A stretch of DNA of 64,000 nucleotides, taken from NCBI RefSeq assembly GCF_006345805.1, contig NC_043000.1, positions 73,346,001-73,410,000 on the forward strand. Reading direction: 5' to 3'. The notes under the pieces are model-generated. The model had not been told where the DNA came from. It ran no database searches and worked only from the letters and a program-made list of their open reading frames with translations. Position numbers and translations under genes: made by a program. Positions within the stretch are counted from its first letter, which is position 1. Each line of letters opens with the position of its first letter. Shown piece after piece: positions 37,870 through 50,640 of this stretch. This DNA comes from Octopus sinensis (taxonomy: Eukaryota).

Positions 37870-40800
37870 AAAAGATGAAGGCTATTGTCATGAGGCTCTG
37901 AAAAAGCCTCATGACAACAGCAAAGAATCATGAGCACCTGCCAGCCCAAAGGTTGGGTTGGGCTGCACCTGCCTACTTCTAAAAGGAAGGTGCAAACCCT
38001 CATACTAGGTTGTGCAAGCATGACTTGCCTTATGATGGCCAACGACCTGAAGAGAAGCTTGGGGTGAGATTGGGAAGTTGGAATGTGAGGAATTGAAGAA
38101 GACAAGGGTGGATATGTGCTGTGTGCAGGAGGCTAGGTGGAGGGGCCAGGGTGCAAGATTTGTGGGGGTCAAGGGAAGATGGTACAAGTTGTGGTCAGGA
38201 AATGGCAAGGGGACTGGAGGTGTGGGAGTTTTGGTGAAGGAAGAAATCTGTGAGTAGTGGAGGTGAGGAGAAAGAGTGACAGATTGATGACAGTAGTATT
38301 AGCATTTGAGAAAGAAGTAGTGTGAGTGATTTGTGGCTATGGTTCACCAAGTGGAAGAGGGATCACTGAGAAAGAGTGGTTCATTGATGAAATGGTGAGT
38401 GAGTGGGACTTACATGAGATAGATGAATTAGTTTTGGGCATGGGTGATTTTAATGCACATGTTGGGAAATGGATCCAAGGCTTCGAAGGTGTGGATGGGG
38501 GAAACAGAATTGGAGAGATAAACATGGAAGAAAGATGCTGTTGGAGTCTTGTGATGAGGAGTTGTGTGTGGCGAACATGTGTTTTAGGAAAACAGAAAAA
38601 AGGAAGGTGACTTTCAGTGCAGGAGTAAATGAGACAGAGATTGATTTCATGTTGGTTGATGTGAAAAATAGAAAGTGTCTGAGGGATGTGAAGACAATAC
38701 CAGAGGAATTGCAGCACAGGTTAGTGGTTGCTGACTTGGATAAGAAGAAAGTTGAAATGTGCGTGAGAAAAGGAATGGTTGAGAGGAGAAAGGTGTGGAA
38801 ACTGAAGGAAGAAGAAACAAGAACAAGGCTTGAGGAGAGCGTCAAGGAGTTGGTAAGCATTGATGCACCGGATTTGTGGAAGTCTTTCAAGGAAGGGCTA
38901 CTAAAGGCATGTGACAAAGTGTGTGGAAGGATGAAAGGTAGGAGAGATCAAGGAGAAACATGGTGGTTGAATGAGGAGCTGAGGGATGCAATAGTGAGAA
39001 AGAAGGAGGTGCACAAAGCTTTATGTAATAATAGGACTGAGCAAATGAAAGCCAAGTATAATAACATGAATAATTGTGCAAAGAGGGTGGTTGCAAGATC
39101 TATGAGGAAGTTGGCTGAGAACCCAGATACAGTGTTTAGGTTTGTTAAATCAATGAAAAAGAGGAAAGAAATGTTGAAGGAAGGATATGTATGAGGGGGA
39201 GTGATAGAAGGTTGAATTTTAGTGAGGAGGACAGGGGAGAGTTTGGAAAAGAACATATGGAGGGAATTATGAATGGGATCAGAGGGTTGAAGCTGATTTG
39301 GTGAAGGGGCCAGTGGAGAGCGTTAGTTGGGAAGAAGTAGTGGAGGCAATGAAAGAATTGAAGACAGGAAAGGCAACTGGTCCATCAGAAATAAGTGTGG
39401 AAATGATTACTGCAAGTGGAGAGATAGGGATTGTTGTGTTGATGGAGCTCTGCTAGGCTGTGCTGGATGGTAAAGGAATGCCAGGTGATTGGGCACTAAG
39501 TCTGGTGGTACCAATCTTCAAGGGAGAGGAGGATGCGATGAGTTGTGGGGCATATAGGAGAGTGATGTTATTGGAGCATGCAATGAAAATTGTGGAAAGG
39601 GTGTTGAAGAAGAGAATTTGGCAATCAGTGGATGTGGACGAGATGCAATTTGGTTTTATACCAGGAAAGGGGACAATAGATGCAGTGTTCATTGTAAGGA
39701 GATTGCGAGAGGAATACCGAGATAAGGGGAAAGAGTTGTACATGTGCTTCGTTGATCTGGAGAAGACATATGATTGGGTTCCAAGGAAGGTGATTGAGTG
39801 GGCGTTGAGGAAGAGGGGTGTACTAGAGGTAATAGTGAGGGCAGTGATGAGTTTGTATGAAAAGATAAAGACAAGTTAGGATTGGATCAGAGCTGTCAGA
39901 GGAGTTTGTGGTGAAAGTTGGCATGTATCAGGGATCTGTGTTGTCACCGTTGTTGTTTGCAATAGTGGTTGATGTGGTGACGGAGAATGCAAGTGAGAGA
40001 TTGATAATGGAGATACTGTATGAGGATGACCTTGTTCTGATGAGTGAGATGATAGCGGGATTGAGGGAGAAGTTTCGGAAATGGAAGAAGGTATTTGAAA
40101 GCAAGCGTTTGAAGGTAACCCTCGGGAAGACAAAGGTGAGGGTGAGTGGGGTGGAAGGAGGAGTGTTAGTGAGTAAGGTAGATCCATGTGGTCTATGGAG
40201 GAAGAGAGTAATGGCAAATGTGGTGTTGTGTATGAAATGTAGGAAATGGATTCATGGTAGATGTACGAAAATTAAGGTGACCACTCCCCAGGACTGACAA
40301 GAGATTTTATTTGTGGAAGATGAGAGAAAGGAGCTGGTGGAACCAGTGGAAACACTATGTGACGAGGTGGAAACAGCGAGAGGGTTTTGTTATTTTGGAG
40401 ATATGGTGGATGTGAGTGGTAGATGTGAAGCAGCTGTGAGAGCTAGAGCGAGACTTGGCTGGGTGAAGTTCAGGGAATGTGGAGTGTTATTATATGGGGA
40501 AGATGAAAGGAAGGATTTATTGGAGTTACATGAGATCTGTAATACTGTATGGGAGTAAGACATGGTGTTTGAGGGAAAACGAAATAGCAATTTTGAGAAG
40601 GACCAAGAGAGCAATGGTGAGAGCAATGTGTGATGTAAAACTATTGGATAAAAGGAAAGCTGAGGACTTGATGGTGATGCTGGGGTTGGAGGAATCTGAT
40701 CCAATCCTAACTTGTTTTTATCTTTTCATACAAACTCATCACTGCCCTCACTATAACCTCTAGTACACCTCTCTTCCTCAACACCCACTCAATCACCTTC

Positions 40801-41021
40801 CTTGGAACCCAATCATGTCTTCTCCAGATCAACGAAGCACATGTACAACTCTTTCTCCTTATCTTGGTATTCCTCTTGCAATCTCCTTACAATGAACAGC
40901 TGGCAAAGACGAATGGAGTGCAGTGGAATGGATATGTGTTGAGGAGGGATGAGGATCATGTTCTGAGGAGAGTGCTTCAGTTGAAAGTGATTGAACCATG
41001 GAAACGAGGTCGACCAAAGAA
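37870..41021 (+). mobile_element. RTE-type LINE family B (purine-rich), near full length, decayed
   Basis: LGSWNV, VICGY, GDFNAHVG, EIDFMLV, QHRLVV, FVDLEK, YQGSVLSPLLF, LYEDDLVL, degraded PHD-like finger, RGRPKK. Confidence 0.9.
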
Positions 41022-41035
41022 ATCTTTGTGTATGT

Positions 41036-42566
41036 CTGGTCCACCAAGGTTCAGTCCTTAGTCCCCTCCTATTTATCATAGTCCTCCAGGCAATAACAGA
41101 GGAATTCAAAACATGATGCCCCTGGGAGCTCCTCTATGTTGACGACCTTGCTCTAATTGCTGAATCACTATCAGAACTAGAGGAGAAGTTTCAGGTGTGG
41201 AAACAAGGATTAGAATCAAAGGGCCTTAGAATCAATCTAGCTAAAAGTCCTAATAAGTAGGAAGGCAGGCAAACCACAAATCCTTTCAGGTAGATGGCCC
41301 TGCTCCATCTGCAGTAGAGGTGTAGGTAGAAACTCTATAAGATGTACCCAGTGTAAGCTATGGACACATAAGAGGTGCAGTAATATCAAAGAAAGGCTAA
41401 CTGGGAAGATAGTTTTTGTATGTGGCAGATGCTCGGGAACAATAAACACTGAAAATGTGCAGGGAACAACTTCTGCCATATTCCAGGGTGCAAAACTAGA
41501 AGTTGATAGCTTCCATTACCTAGGTGACCAAGTCAGTAGCGGGGGAGGGTGTGCTGAAAGTAGCTGCTAGAATAAGAATAGCCTGGGCAAAGTTCAGAGA
41601 GCTCTTAGCTATGCTGGTTACAAAGGGCCTCTCGCTCAGAGGAAATGGTAAACTGTATGACGCATGTGTACAAACAGTCATGCTACATGGCAGTGAAACA
41701 TGGGCTGTGACTGCTGAGGACATGCGTAAGCTTGCAAGGTATGAAGCCAGTATGATCCGATGGATGTGTAATGTCAGTGTGTATGCACGACAGAGTGTAA
41801 GTACCTTGAGAGAAAAGTTGGACCTAAGAAGCATCAGATGTGGTGTGCAAGAGAGAGGACTGCACTGGTATGGTGATGTGGCGAGAATGGATGAGGATAG
41901 CTGTGTGAAAAAGTGTCAAACCTTAGCAGTTGAGGGAACCTATGGAAGAGGTAGACTCAGGAAGACCTGCGATGAAGTGGTGAAGCATGACCTTCGAACT
42001 TTAGGCCTCACCAAGGAAATGACTAGAGACCGAGACTTTTGGAAATATGCTGTGCTGGAGAAGACCCAGCAAGCCAAATGAGACCTTGTGGCCTATGCCA
42101 GGGGCGTAACCAGCCCACTTATGCATACCTTTCCTTCTTTGGACACTAAACTCTGCTTGTGAAGACCTGTTGAGGCAAGTGAAATTGAAATCAAATTTAA
42201 TGACTGACATCTGTGCTAGTAGGGTACAAAGAGCACCATACGGGCGTGATCGTTACCAGAGCGGCTAACTGGCTTCCATGCCACTGACATGTAAAAGGCA
42301 CCATTCGAGCATGATCGTTACCAGCATTGCCTTACTGGCACGTAAAAAAACATTCAAGCAAGGTCATGCCAGTACCGTCTGACTGGCCCCCATGCCAGTG
42401 GTACATAAAAGCACCAACTACACTCTCGGAGTGGTTGGCATTAAGAAGGGCATCCAGCTTTAAAAACTCTGCCTGATCAAGATTGGTGTCTGGTTCGCCA
42501 GTCCTCAGTCAAATCATCCAACCCATGCTAGCATGGAAAGCAGATGTTAAACGATGATGATGATGA
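41036..42566 (+). mobile_element. RTE family A, 5' truncated, with 3' UTR and (GAT)n tail
   Basis: VHQGS start, PHD-like finger, RIRIAWAKFRELL, LHGSETW, tail ...ttaaacgatgatgatgat. Confidence 0.92.
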
Positions 42567-42580
42567 TATATATATATATA

Positions 42581-42623
<43 letters not shown>

Positions 42624-45452
42624 TGTATGTATATGTACATATTCATAACTGCTGCACCGATCATAATGAAATTTGGAGCACAAAATCCAAGCCTAGGGAG
42701 AAGAGTTATGCTGTGTGTTTCATACAATTTCATGGACAAAAATTACTGAATGGATCCTTATGATATTTGAAACTTAGATTCAATGCATAAGGGCGGGTAT
42801 AATGCAATGTGTTTGGTTTGAATTTCAGATGGCTAAAAGGGAGCAGAACCCCCATGAAAATTCATAAATTTTCGATGTTGATGAAATTTCAACCATGGGT
42901 AATTGACACACATCAAGAAGTATTTTCAAAGTTTCCACTTCGCATGAGGATTCTAAGACACCCTAATGGGGGCCTTAACTCCCAAATTTTAGTCATTTCT
43001 TTTATGATCCAAAACTAGGTCAAAAGTACTGAATGGATCTTTACAAAATTTGGAAATTATATTCTATGCATAAGGGCCATAACCCCCATGACAATTCATA
43101 TATTCCTGCTGTTGATGAAATTTTAACCATAGATATTAGACACAAATGAAGTAATATTTATAAAATTTTATCTTCTTACAAGTTAGAAAAACCCTTCCAT
43201 AGGTACTTAACACCCACAATTTAGTCATTTTATCTAAGCAAAGACGAATACAGTTGTACTCATGGAAGCTGTAGGGTCACCCGAGCATAAAAGATGAGCT
43301 TTACTTGTAATTCAGTTGTACAACAGTGTAAGAGTTTGCTTTGATATATACTTAGATTGTGTTTTCTGCAAAGTGGTGCATAAATTGTCAAGTAAATGAG
43401 AGGCATCTTTGCCTCCACTGATTCATTTGCAAAGTGTTGAGTAAAGTTATTTGGTTGCAGACCTCTTTTCAGTCTTTTTATTTATCATTGACTCACACGT
43501 CCCCAGATGGTAACATTGATTTCAAAACCTTCCCAGATGAGTGAATGGTTATTTAAAGACATTTATAGATTGTATATTTATTTTGTCCAGTTATGTATCA
43601 GTATAGTGGTCATTTGCAAACTCCAGAGGTGACACTTTCATTTCTCCTTAGCCCTCATGTCACACAGTTGTTAATGTTTATTTCAGTCGGGTCATGCCCT
43701 TCCAATTGCTATAGATTCGTAAGGCATCTTACGGCTGTGCCTGTCACCTGGATGGTGAGGAATCCTACGTTGGGAGTGGTAACAACTAGGGTTGGGTAGC
43801 TGACTGCTTATTGTGATAATTCGTCTTTTGATTTCCTGTAGCTTTGCTCTATTTTACAAACCCAGTGAACATATATTTCCTATTTCAAAGAAATTCAAAC
43901 AATAGATATAAGACCCAAGTTAAAAAGATTCTCAACAATTCAACTTCTCTGGTTGACATTAAGACACCCAACTCCAATAGGGGCGTTAACTCTCACATTT
44001 TAGAGCTCCATGACCGCCATTTTTCAGGAGCAAAATCCTTTTAACAGTTTCTATAAGACTGGAATTTTGGAATATGTGCATAAAAATCAGTAGTATGGGA
44101 TACATGTGGCATGATTACAATTTTTTAGGATGTGTAAAGAGGGAAATAGCCCTCATCTGCAATTTTGATGAAATTCGAAACATAGTTATTCCAGTTCATT
44201 ACAGAAAATATAACAGAAAAGGGTAATTCTTCAATTGCATGTAACACGAGCAACACTGAATACCTCTGTTAGTATATATATATCTCTATATATAAAACTG
44301 AAATGCGTTTTTACCGCTTGGATCGCTTTCAATACCACTACATCCTGTCCGATTCACTCCAAAATTTACAGGGACATGTAGAATGAGGTGACGATGCTCG
44401 TGGGCTACCTTAGAAATCCCTATCTTAAAAGGTGTGGTTGCTAGGGGCCATCTTCCTCACTCACGCTATTTCCTCCAGTACCCTCTCACTCCTCTTCATT
44501 TGACAAGTCCACTCCAGTTATTTAATGTAAAGTCTTCCTCAAATCACTCTCTCGCTATTTCCTCTCTTCCAAGAACATTTTCACTCACTCTATCTCTTAG
44601 CTTCCCATACATTTTACTCATGTATCTATCAGCGTTCATAGACAGAAACAAATATTACATCGCCATCACCATCGCCATCACCATCGCATTCTATTGTCTA
44701 CCTGTCAACACACACACACACACACATATATACATATATCTAATATTATATTTTAATTTTTATGTTTTTGTTTTTGGTTTTTTACTGTTTCATTTCCCTA
44801 TTAGTGGTTTTATCTCTAATTTAATTTCTACAGCGTGCACACACACACACACACCTATATGTGGCCCCAGTACACCCGAATGAAATCGGGTTCTCTTCAT
44901 CAAAATGTGAAAAGGGGTCTACAATTATCATCGCCACAACTTATGTATGTCTTCCTCATTCACTCACTCTTTTTCCTAATGATAATTATCATCGCCACCA
45001 CCAACACCACCAATACACAATCATGACAATCTTTCTCTTAAAACAAATCATGTTTACATTGCAAAATATTTCATTTTCCCGTCCTCTCTTTCATATATCA
45101 CCTTTTCTTTCTCGAGCTCTCTCTTTTTTCGCCGTCTCTATTTATTCTACAATGAGTCTATCAATGACAGCCGCAAAAGTTTCAATATTCCTACTTCACC
45201 TCTTTCAGAAAGGCAACAGATATTATTTTTTTTGCCGGGTTTAAAGCCCACTACATCCCGTCGGATTCACTCCAAAATTTACACCTTCTCTTTCTACCTC
45301 TAACTCCCATTCAATTTCTCTTTATCTCCATTCTTAAAGATAATTATCATCGCCACCACCAACACACAATCTGGACAATCTTTCTCTTATAACAAATCAT
45401 GTTTACATTGCAACGACGTCTGCCACCTCCGCCGTCTCTATTTATTCTGCAA

Positions 45453-45650
45453 ATGACCAGAACTCGGGAAACTTGATTGAGTGTTCTATGGTCTATGACC
45501 AGAACTCGGGAAACTTGGTTGAGTGTTCTATGGTCTATGACCAGAACTCGGGAAACTTGCTTGACTGTTCTATGGTCTATGACCAGAACTCGGGAAACTT
45601 GGTTGAGTGTTCTATGGTCTATGACCAGAACTTGGGAAACTTGGTTGAGT
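45453..45650. repeat. 42-bp minisatellite, ~4.7 copies
   Basis: atgaccagaactcgggaaacttggttgagtgttctatggtct starting at 45453, 45495, 45537, 45579 and 45621. Confidence 0.95.
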
Positions 45651-46339
45651 CCTCATCTTATAAAATGTGGCCCCAGTAGACCCAAATGAAATCGGGTTAT
45701 ATTAACCAAAATGTGAAAAGGGGTCTAAATGGGGCTGGAAGGGGATTAAAATTTAAAAGAGCGGGTGCTTAGCAATTCTCTGTTACATCAAGCTAAAAAA
45801 TTTGCGCAAGCCTTTTAATCGTCAATGTGTTGCCGTCCATGATGAAGAAGTTTTGAATGCTTGCCATCGTGAGTCTACTGTTGTGAGAAAGAATCAATTC
45901 AAAACTTGGTTTTTAGGGATTTTCTTTTACATCAAGTTCAAAATTTTACGCTAGCCGTTGAACTGTAAATACGTTGCTGTCCGTCGTTAAGAAATGCCAG
46001 CCATGGTGACTCTACTATCCTCAAATTCTATCCCTTCAAACTTTGGTTTCCAATATTTTATTATTTTTATTCAGCTCGCAAGTTCGTCTGTCCCTTTTAA
46101 ATGTTAGTGTTTTGCTGTCTGTCTTGAAGCAGACCTTTCCGTTGTTACTGCCTGATATTTATGATTGCTCTTTCTAAATATTTTATTTCTCAACTTACTC
46201 AAGATCTTTTGTTGTTTATAAATGGGAGAGAGATAGATAAAGATAGAGAGTAAGAGAAAGCGAGGGAGAGTCCGAGAGAAAGGAAGAGTAAGAGAGTGGG
46301 AAAATGAGAGAGAAAGGAGAGAGAAACAAAGAGGGAGAA

Positions 46340-46650
46340 TCATCATCATCATCATCATCGTTTAACATCCGTTTTCCGTGCTAGCACGGGTTGGACAGTT
46401 TGACAGGGGTCTGGGAAGCCAGGAGGCTGCACCAGGCTCCAGTCTGATCTGGCAGTGTTTCGAGAGGTGGATGCCCTTCTAACGCCAACCACTCTGTGAG
46501 CGTAGTGGGTGCTTTTTTTGTGCCACCGGCACAGGTGCCAGGGGGGCTGGCAGCAGCCATGATCGGTTGGTGCTTTTTACGTGCCACCAGCACAGAAGCC
46601 AGTCAAGGCGGCACTGCAATCCGCCACGTTCGGATGGTGCTTTTTACGTG
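46340..46650 (-). mobile_element. RTE family A 3' UTR fragment inside the Helitron-like element
   Basis: (cat)n tail plus 3' UTR and hairpin units. Confidence 0.85.
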
Positions 46651-46709
46651 CTGAAAAGAAGTAACAACCACACTCTTACCCGCGCGTAGAGCTCGTCACC
46701 TTCAGCTAG

Positions 46710-47437
46710 TATATATATAAAACTGAGAATGTGTGTCTGTCTGTCTGTCTGTGTGTTTCCCTAAAACTTGAGAACTACACAACCAATTTCATTCAAATTT
46801 TACACATGCCTTACTTAGGGTCCGGGGAGTGTCATCAGCAAAAAAAAATTGTTCAACTTCTTGCCTAGAGCGAGCCCATAGCAATATCATATCTTCTCCA
46901 CTATTTCAGTATTACGTGTTAAAAGTGAAACAAAAATATTTCTCTATTTTATGTCAGATGCTTTCACTTTAACAATAAAAATAATAATAACAATTGAATT
47001 ATATGTAGTAAGTAATAAATTAAAATCAAACTAAAGTATAATATAATCGTAACATACAAAAGTAAAAATAGCAATTGGTATAAAATTACATCAATGATTT
47101 GAACTTGAATAAGTGGTTTCACATGAATGGGAGTAAATTAAAAATAAAATTAGCATGCAGAAATGGAATAGTCCAGATGGATAATAAAAAATTAAATTAA
47201 AGAAAAGACTATTGTCTATAAAATATACAATGTAGAGAAAAAAGAAGGGCTAACAATTCCAGTCTGTTATATATTTTGAGTATTGTTATCACTAGCGATA
47301 TCAAGATATAACTTTGTATTTTGCATTTTATGTGTAGATGTATATATATAGATGTACATGTAATATGTACACATATATATATACACATATACATGCACTA
47401 GCACTATGACCCAGCAATGACGGGTCTTTAATGCTAG
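46710..47437 (+). mobile_element. Non-autonomous Helitron-like element
   Basis: tatatatataaaactgag, (tctg)n, 3' hairpin gaccc...gggtc then atgCTAG|T. Confidence 0.72.
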
Positions 47438-47439
47438 TA

Positions 47440-47469
<30 letters not shown>

Positions 47470-47470
<1 letters not shown>

Positions 47471-48120
47471 CATCATCATCATCATCATCGTTTAACGTCC
47501 ATTCTCCATGCTAGCATGGGTTGGACGGTTCGACCGGGGATCTGGGAAGCCAGAAGGCTGCACCAGGCTCCGGTCTTATCTGGCAAAGTTTCTACAGCTG
47601 GATGCCCTTCCTAACGCCAACTACTCTGTGAGTGTAGTGGGTGCTTTTTATGTGTCACCTGCACTGGTGCCAGGCGAGGCTGGCATCGGCCACGGTCGGA
47701 TTGGTGCATTTTATGGAAGCCAGTCAAGGCGGCACTGGCTTCGGCTACGATTCGGATGGTGCTTTTTACGTGCCACCGACACGGAAGCCAGTCGAGGCAG
47801 CGCTGGCATCGGCCACAATGGGATGGTGCATTTTATGGAAGCCAGTCGAGGCGGCACTGGCTTCGGCTACGATTCAGATGGTGCTTTTTACGTGCCACCG
47901 ACATGGAAGCCAGTCGAGGCGGCGCTGGCATCGGCCACAATTCGGATAGTGCTTTTTACGTAATTCCAGGGCCCTGGCATCTGCCAGGTGCTAGTCATAG
48001 GATTGGTTCAATTTCGATTTCACTTGCCCCAACAGGTCTTCGCAAGCAAGGGGGGTTGCCATAGGTGCCTGTCGTCGGATGAGGTTCGATATCGACTTCG
48101 CTTGCTTCAACAGGTCTTTG
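47470..48120 (-). mobile_element. RTE family A 3' UTR fragment with rearranged repeat units
   Basis: (cat)n tail, 3' UTR, and alternating short and long versions of the 67-bp unit. Confidence 0.88.
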
Positions 48121-48138
48121 TGTGTCCAAGGGGGGAAA

Positions 48139-48186
<48 letters not shown>

Positions 48187-48559
48187 TTTACATCAATGTA
48201 TACACACATAGACATACTTAAAATGAAACAGGGAAAAAAATATAGAGATAAATTCATAAAATATGTATAAAGGGCATGGATACAAATAGTATAGTAAGCA
48301 AACTCGTCTACGCATACAAAACATATAGAGATATATACATAAACACACATTCACACCACACACACACTCACACACACACACATACAAATGCAAACACATG
48401 CACAGATAAGGATACACATCATAGGAACACAGAATGGACTAAACAGAACAGGAGACATGGATGGGAAGTTGCTAAAGAGCTCACAGGATGTGTGATGAAG
48501 GGTTTCTAGACAATGGACGCAAAATAAGAACAGGAATAAACAAGTGAAGAACGAATATA

Positions 48560-48965
48560 TCTTTTTTTTACCTTTTACTTGTTTCAGTCATTAGACTGGA
48601 GCACCACCTTGAATTTTTTTTGTCAAAATAATTGATCTAAATACTTATTTTTAAAGTCTGGTACTTATTCTATTGGCCTTTATTGCTGAACTGCTAAGTT
48701 ACGAGGATGCAAATGCACCAACACCTGTTGTTAAGCATTAGTAGGGAGACAAATATAGACAGATAGACACACACATGTAAATATACATACATACATACAC
48801 ACATGCATGCATGCATGCTTCTTTCTGTCTACCAAATCCACTCACAAGACTTTGCTTAGCTCAGGGCTATAGGAGAAAAACACCTGCTCAAGGTGTCATG
48901 GAATGGGATTGAACCCAGAACTATTTGGTTATGAAGCAAGCTTCTTACCACACAGTCATGCCAGC
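48560..48965 (-). mobile_element. tRNA-derived SINE, diverged
   Basis: Colinear with 15838-16200. Confidence 0.8.
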
Positions 48966-49408
48966 GCCTACCTATGTATAATTAATACATATGTATTATA
49001 ATTTCAATGGAGGGAGTAAGTCAACCCTCAGTGTTCAATTGGTTCTTACTTTATTGACCCCAAAAGGGGAATTTGAACTCAAAACAAAGATTGATGTGAT
49101 GCTACTAAGCATCTTGCCTGGTGTGTTAACAATCCTGCTAGCTCAATGCCTATGTTGCATTCCTTATATTACCATTCATTTTGCTTAATATTTCCTTACT
49201 AATCTGATTTCAGATTAAGTTGGATTTTCTAAAAGCTACATTTAGGGTTAGAAGCAAAGTTATTGTCGTTGATAGTGATAATTGCCTGATGTTTTGCTAA
49301 AACCAAAAATCTGCTGGTAATGTTAAACCTTCCTGTCATGACTTTCGCTTCTCTTTTAGTATTATAATTGGTTTGTGTGTCACTCCTAAGTTTTGTGTTA
49401 TTGAACAG

Positions 49409-49420
49409 CTGTGAATGTAG
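49409..49420 (+). CDS. Possible 12-nt frame-preserving microexon
   Basis: ttttgtgttattgaacag|CTGTGAATGTAG|gtaatt; open in phase 1-1. Confidence 0.25.
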
Positions 49421-50640
49421 GTAATTTCCTGACTCACAAAAACAAGACTTGTCATATAGACTTTCTTCTTTTTGAGGTTTTTAATTTCTGTGTGTGTGTG
49501 TGTGTGTTTGTGTATTTCAATGATGCATATCGCTAAGCATTCTCAAGAAAATTGAAAAATCAATGTTTTCAAATGCATGGTATTTGTGCAACATGAGTTG
49601 CATATACCTTTCCTTTTCACTATCAGAAATAGTGATTCAGTGACTTGCTTGTTGAAACATGCGGACAAAAATGCTATGGTTCAAATGTTATTTATAATAA
49701 CGTATGCCAAAACGAATTTGTGTGTCAGTGTGTTACACTTTGATCTTCTCTCTCGCTATTCAGTGATACTTCTAATATTCCTCATGCTGGGGTGAGAGTA
49801 ATAGTAGGCATAGAGATGGTGAGGACAGTAGTAGATTGACAGTTGTGATGGTAATGGGGTGATAGTAATAGTATGAGCCGTAGTTGTGATAGAGGTAGAG
49901 GCGACAGTGATGATGGTGGTGGTGGTAGCCGAGGTGGTTAGGGATGACGGTGATAGTAAGTAATGTGAGAGACAGTGGTGATGGTGGTGAAGGGGAAGGT
50001 GACAAAGTCAACGGTATTGGTGGTGGTGGCATCAGAAGTTCGAATGGTATGTGTATGGCAGGTGTGGTGGCAATGGTGATGGTGCTGCTGATATTGATGG
50101 TTGAAAACAATCAACAGGAAGAGATGGAGTGAGAAAGAGGTTAGACAGAAAAAAAAAATTGTACTGACACCCAAACAAGAAGACAAAAAATGTTATTTAT
50201 CATGCAGCTTTGCAATAAGTTTCAAGTTGACAAATTATATCATTATTTTGATGAAAATTGTTCATTGCTTGAAAAATATTGGTCAAATTTAATAAAATTT
50301 AATATGTACTCAATGCACGAAGTATTATTGTTGGGCCCAAGGCTCAATAAAGAGCTCTCCACAGGAGCTAGCTTAAAATAAATGACACCTTGATGTTTAT
50401 ACTTTTGTAACAGTTTTATTTTGTAACTTATTAAGTAAATTCTTAATTTTCTCATCCTACACTTGAATGTATTAGTTGTCAATATAATTGATCTTTTTTA
50501 GTTACTAATAAAATTAGAGGTGTTCTTTAGCTAAAATAGTTTCCAGTTAATTCAAACTGTTTTGTGAATATTCTTAAAAACAACAACAAAAGTTGTGACT
50601 TGTTCTGGATTTTTGCATTTTGTTAGAGATTTGTAGATAT

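Larger units (their letters stand above)
44283..46709 (+). mobile_element. Non-autonomous Helitron-like element (long, internally repetitive)
   Basis: 5' TC(TC)TATATATAAAA; 3' GC-rich imperfect hairpin then CTAG|T at 46706-46710. Internal duplications; no Rep/Hel ORF. Confidence 0.6.

Noticed and set aside
43690-43760. Candidate exon ttcag|...GATG|gtgagg
   Set aside because: The only open frame is phase-incompatible with the phase-1 exons, and there is no other support.
45473-45689. Repeat-protein ORFs
   Set aside because: A by-product of a 42-bp minisatellite open in two frames.
49772-50186. Gly/His/Thr-rich ORFs
   Set aside because: Low-complexity GGT/GAT simple repeat.
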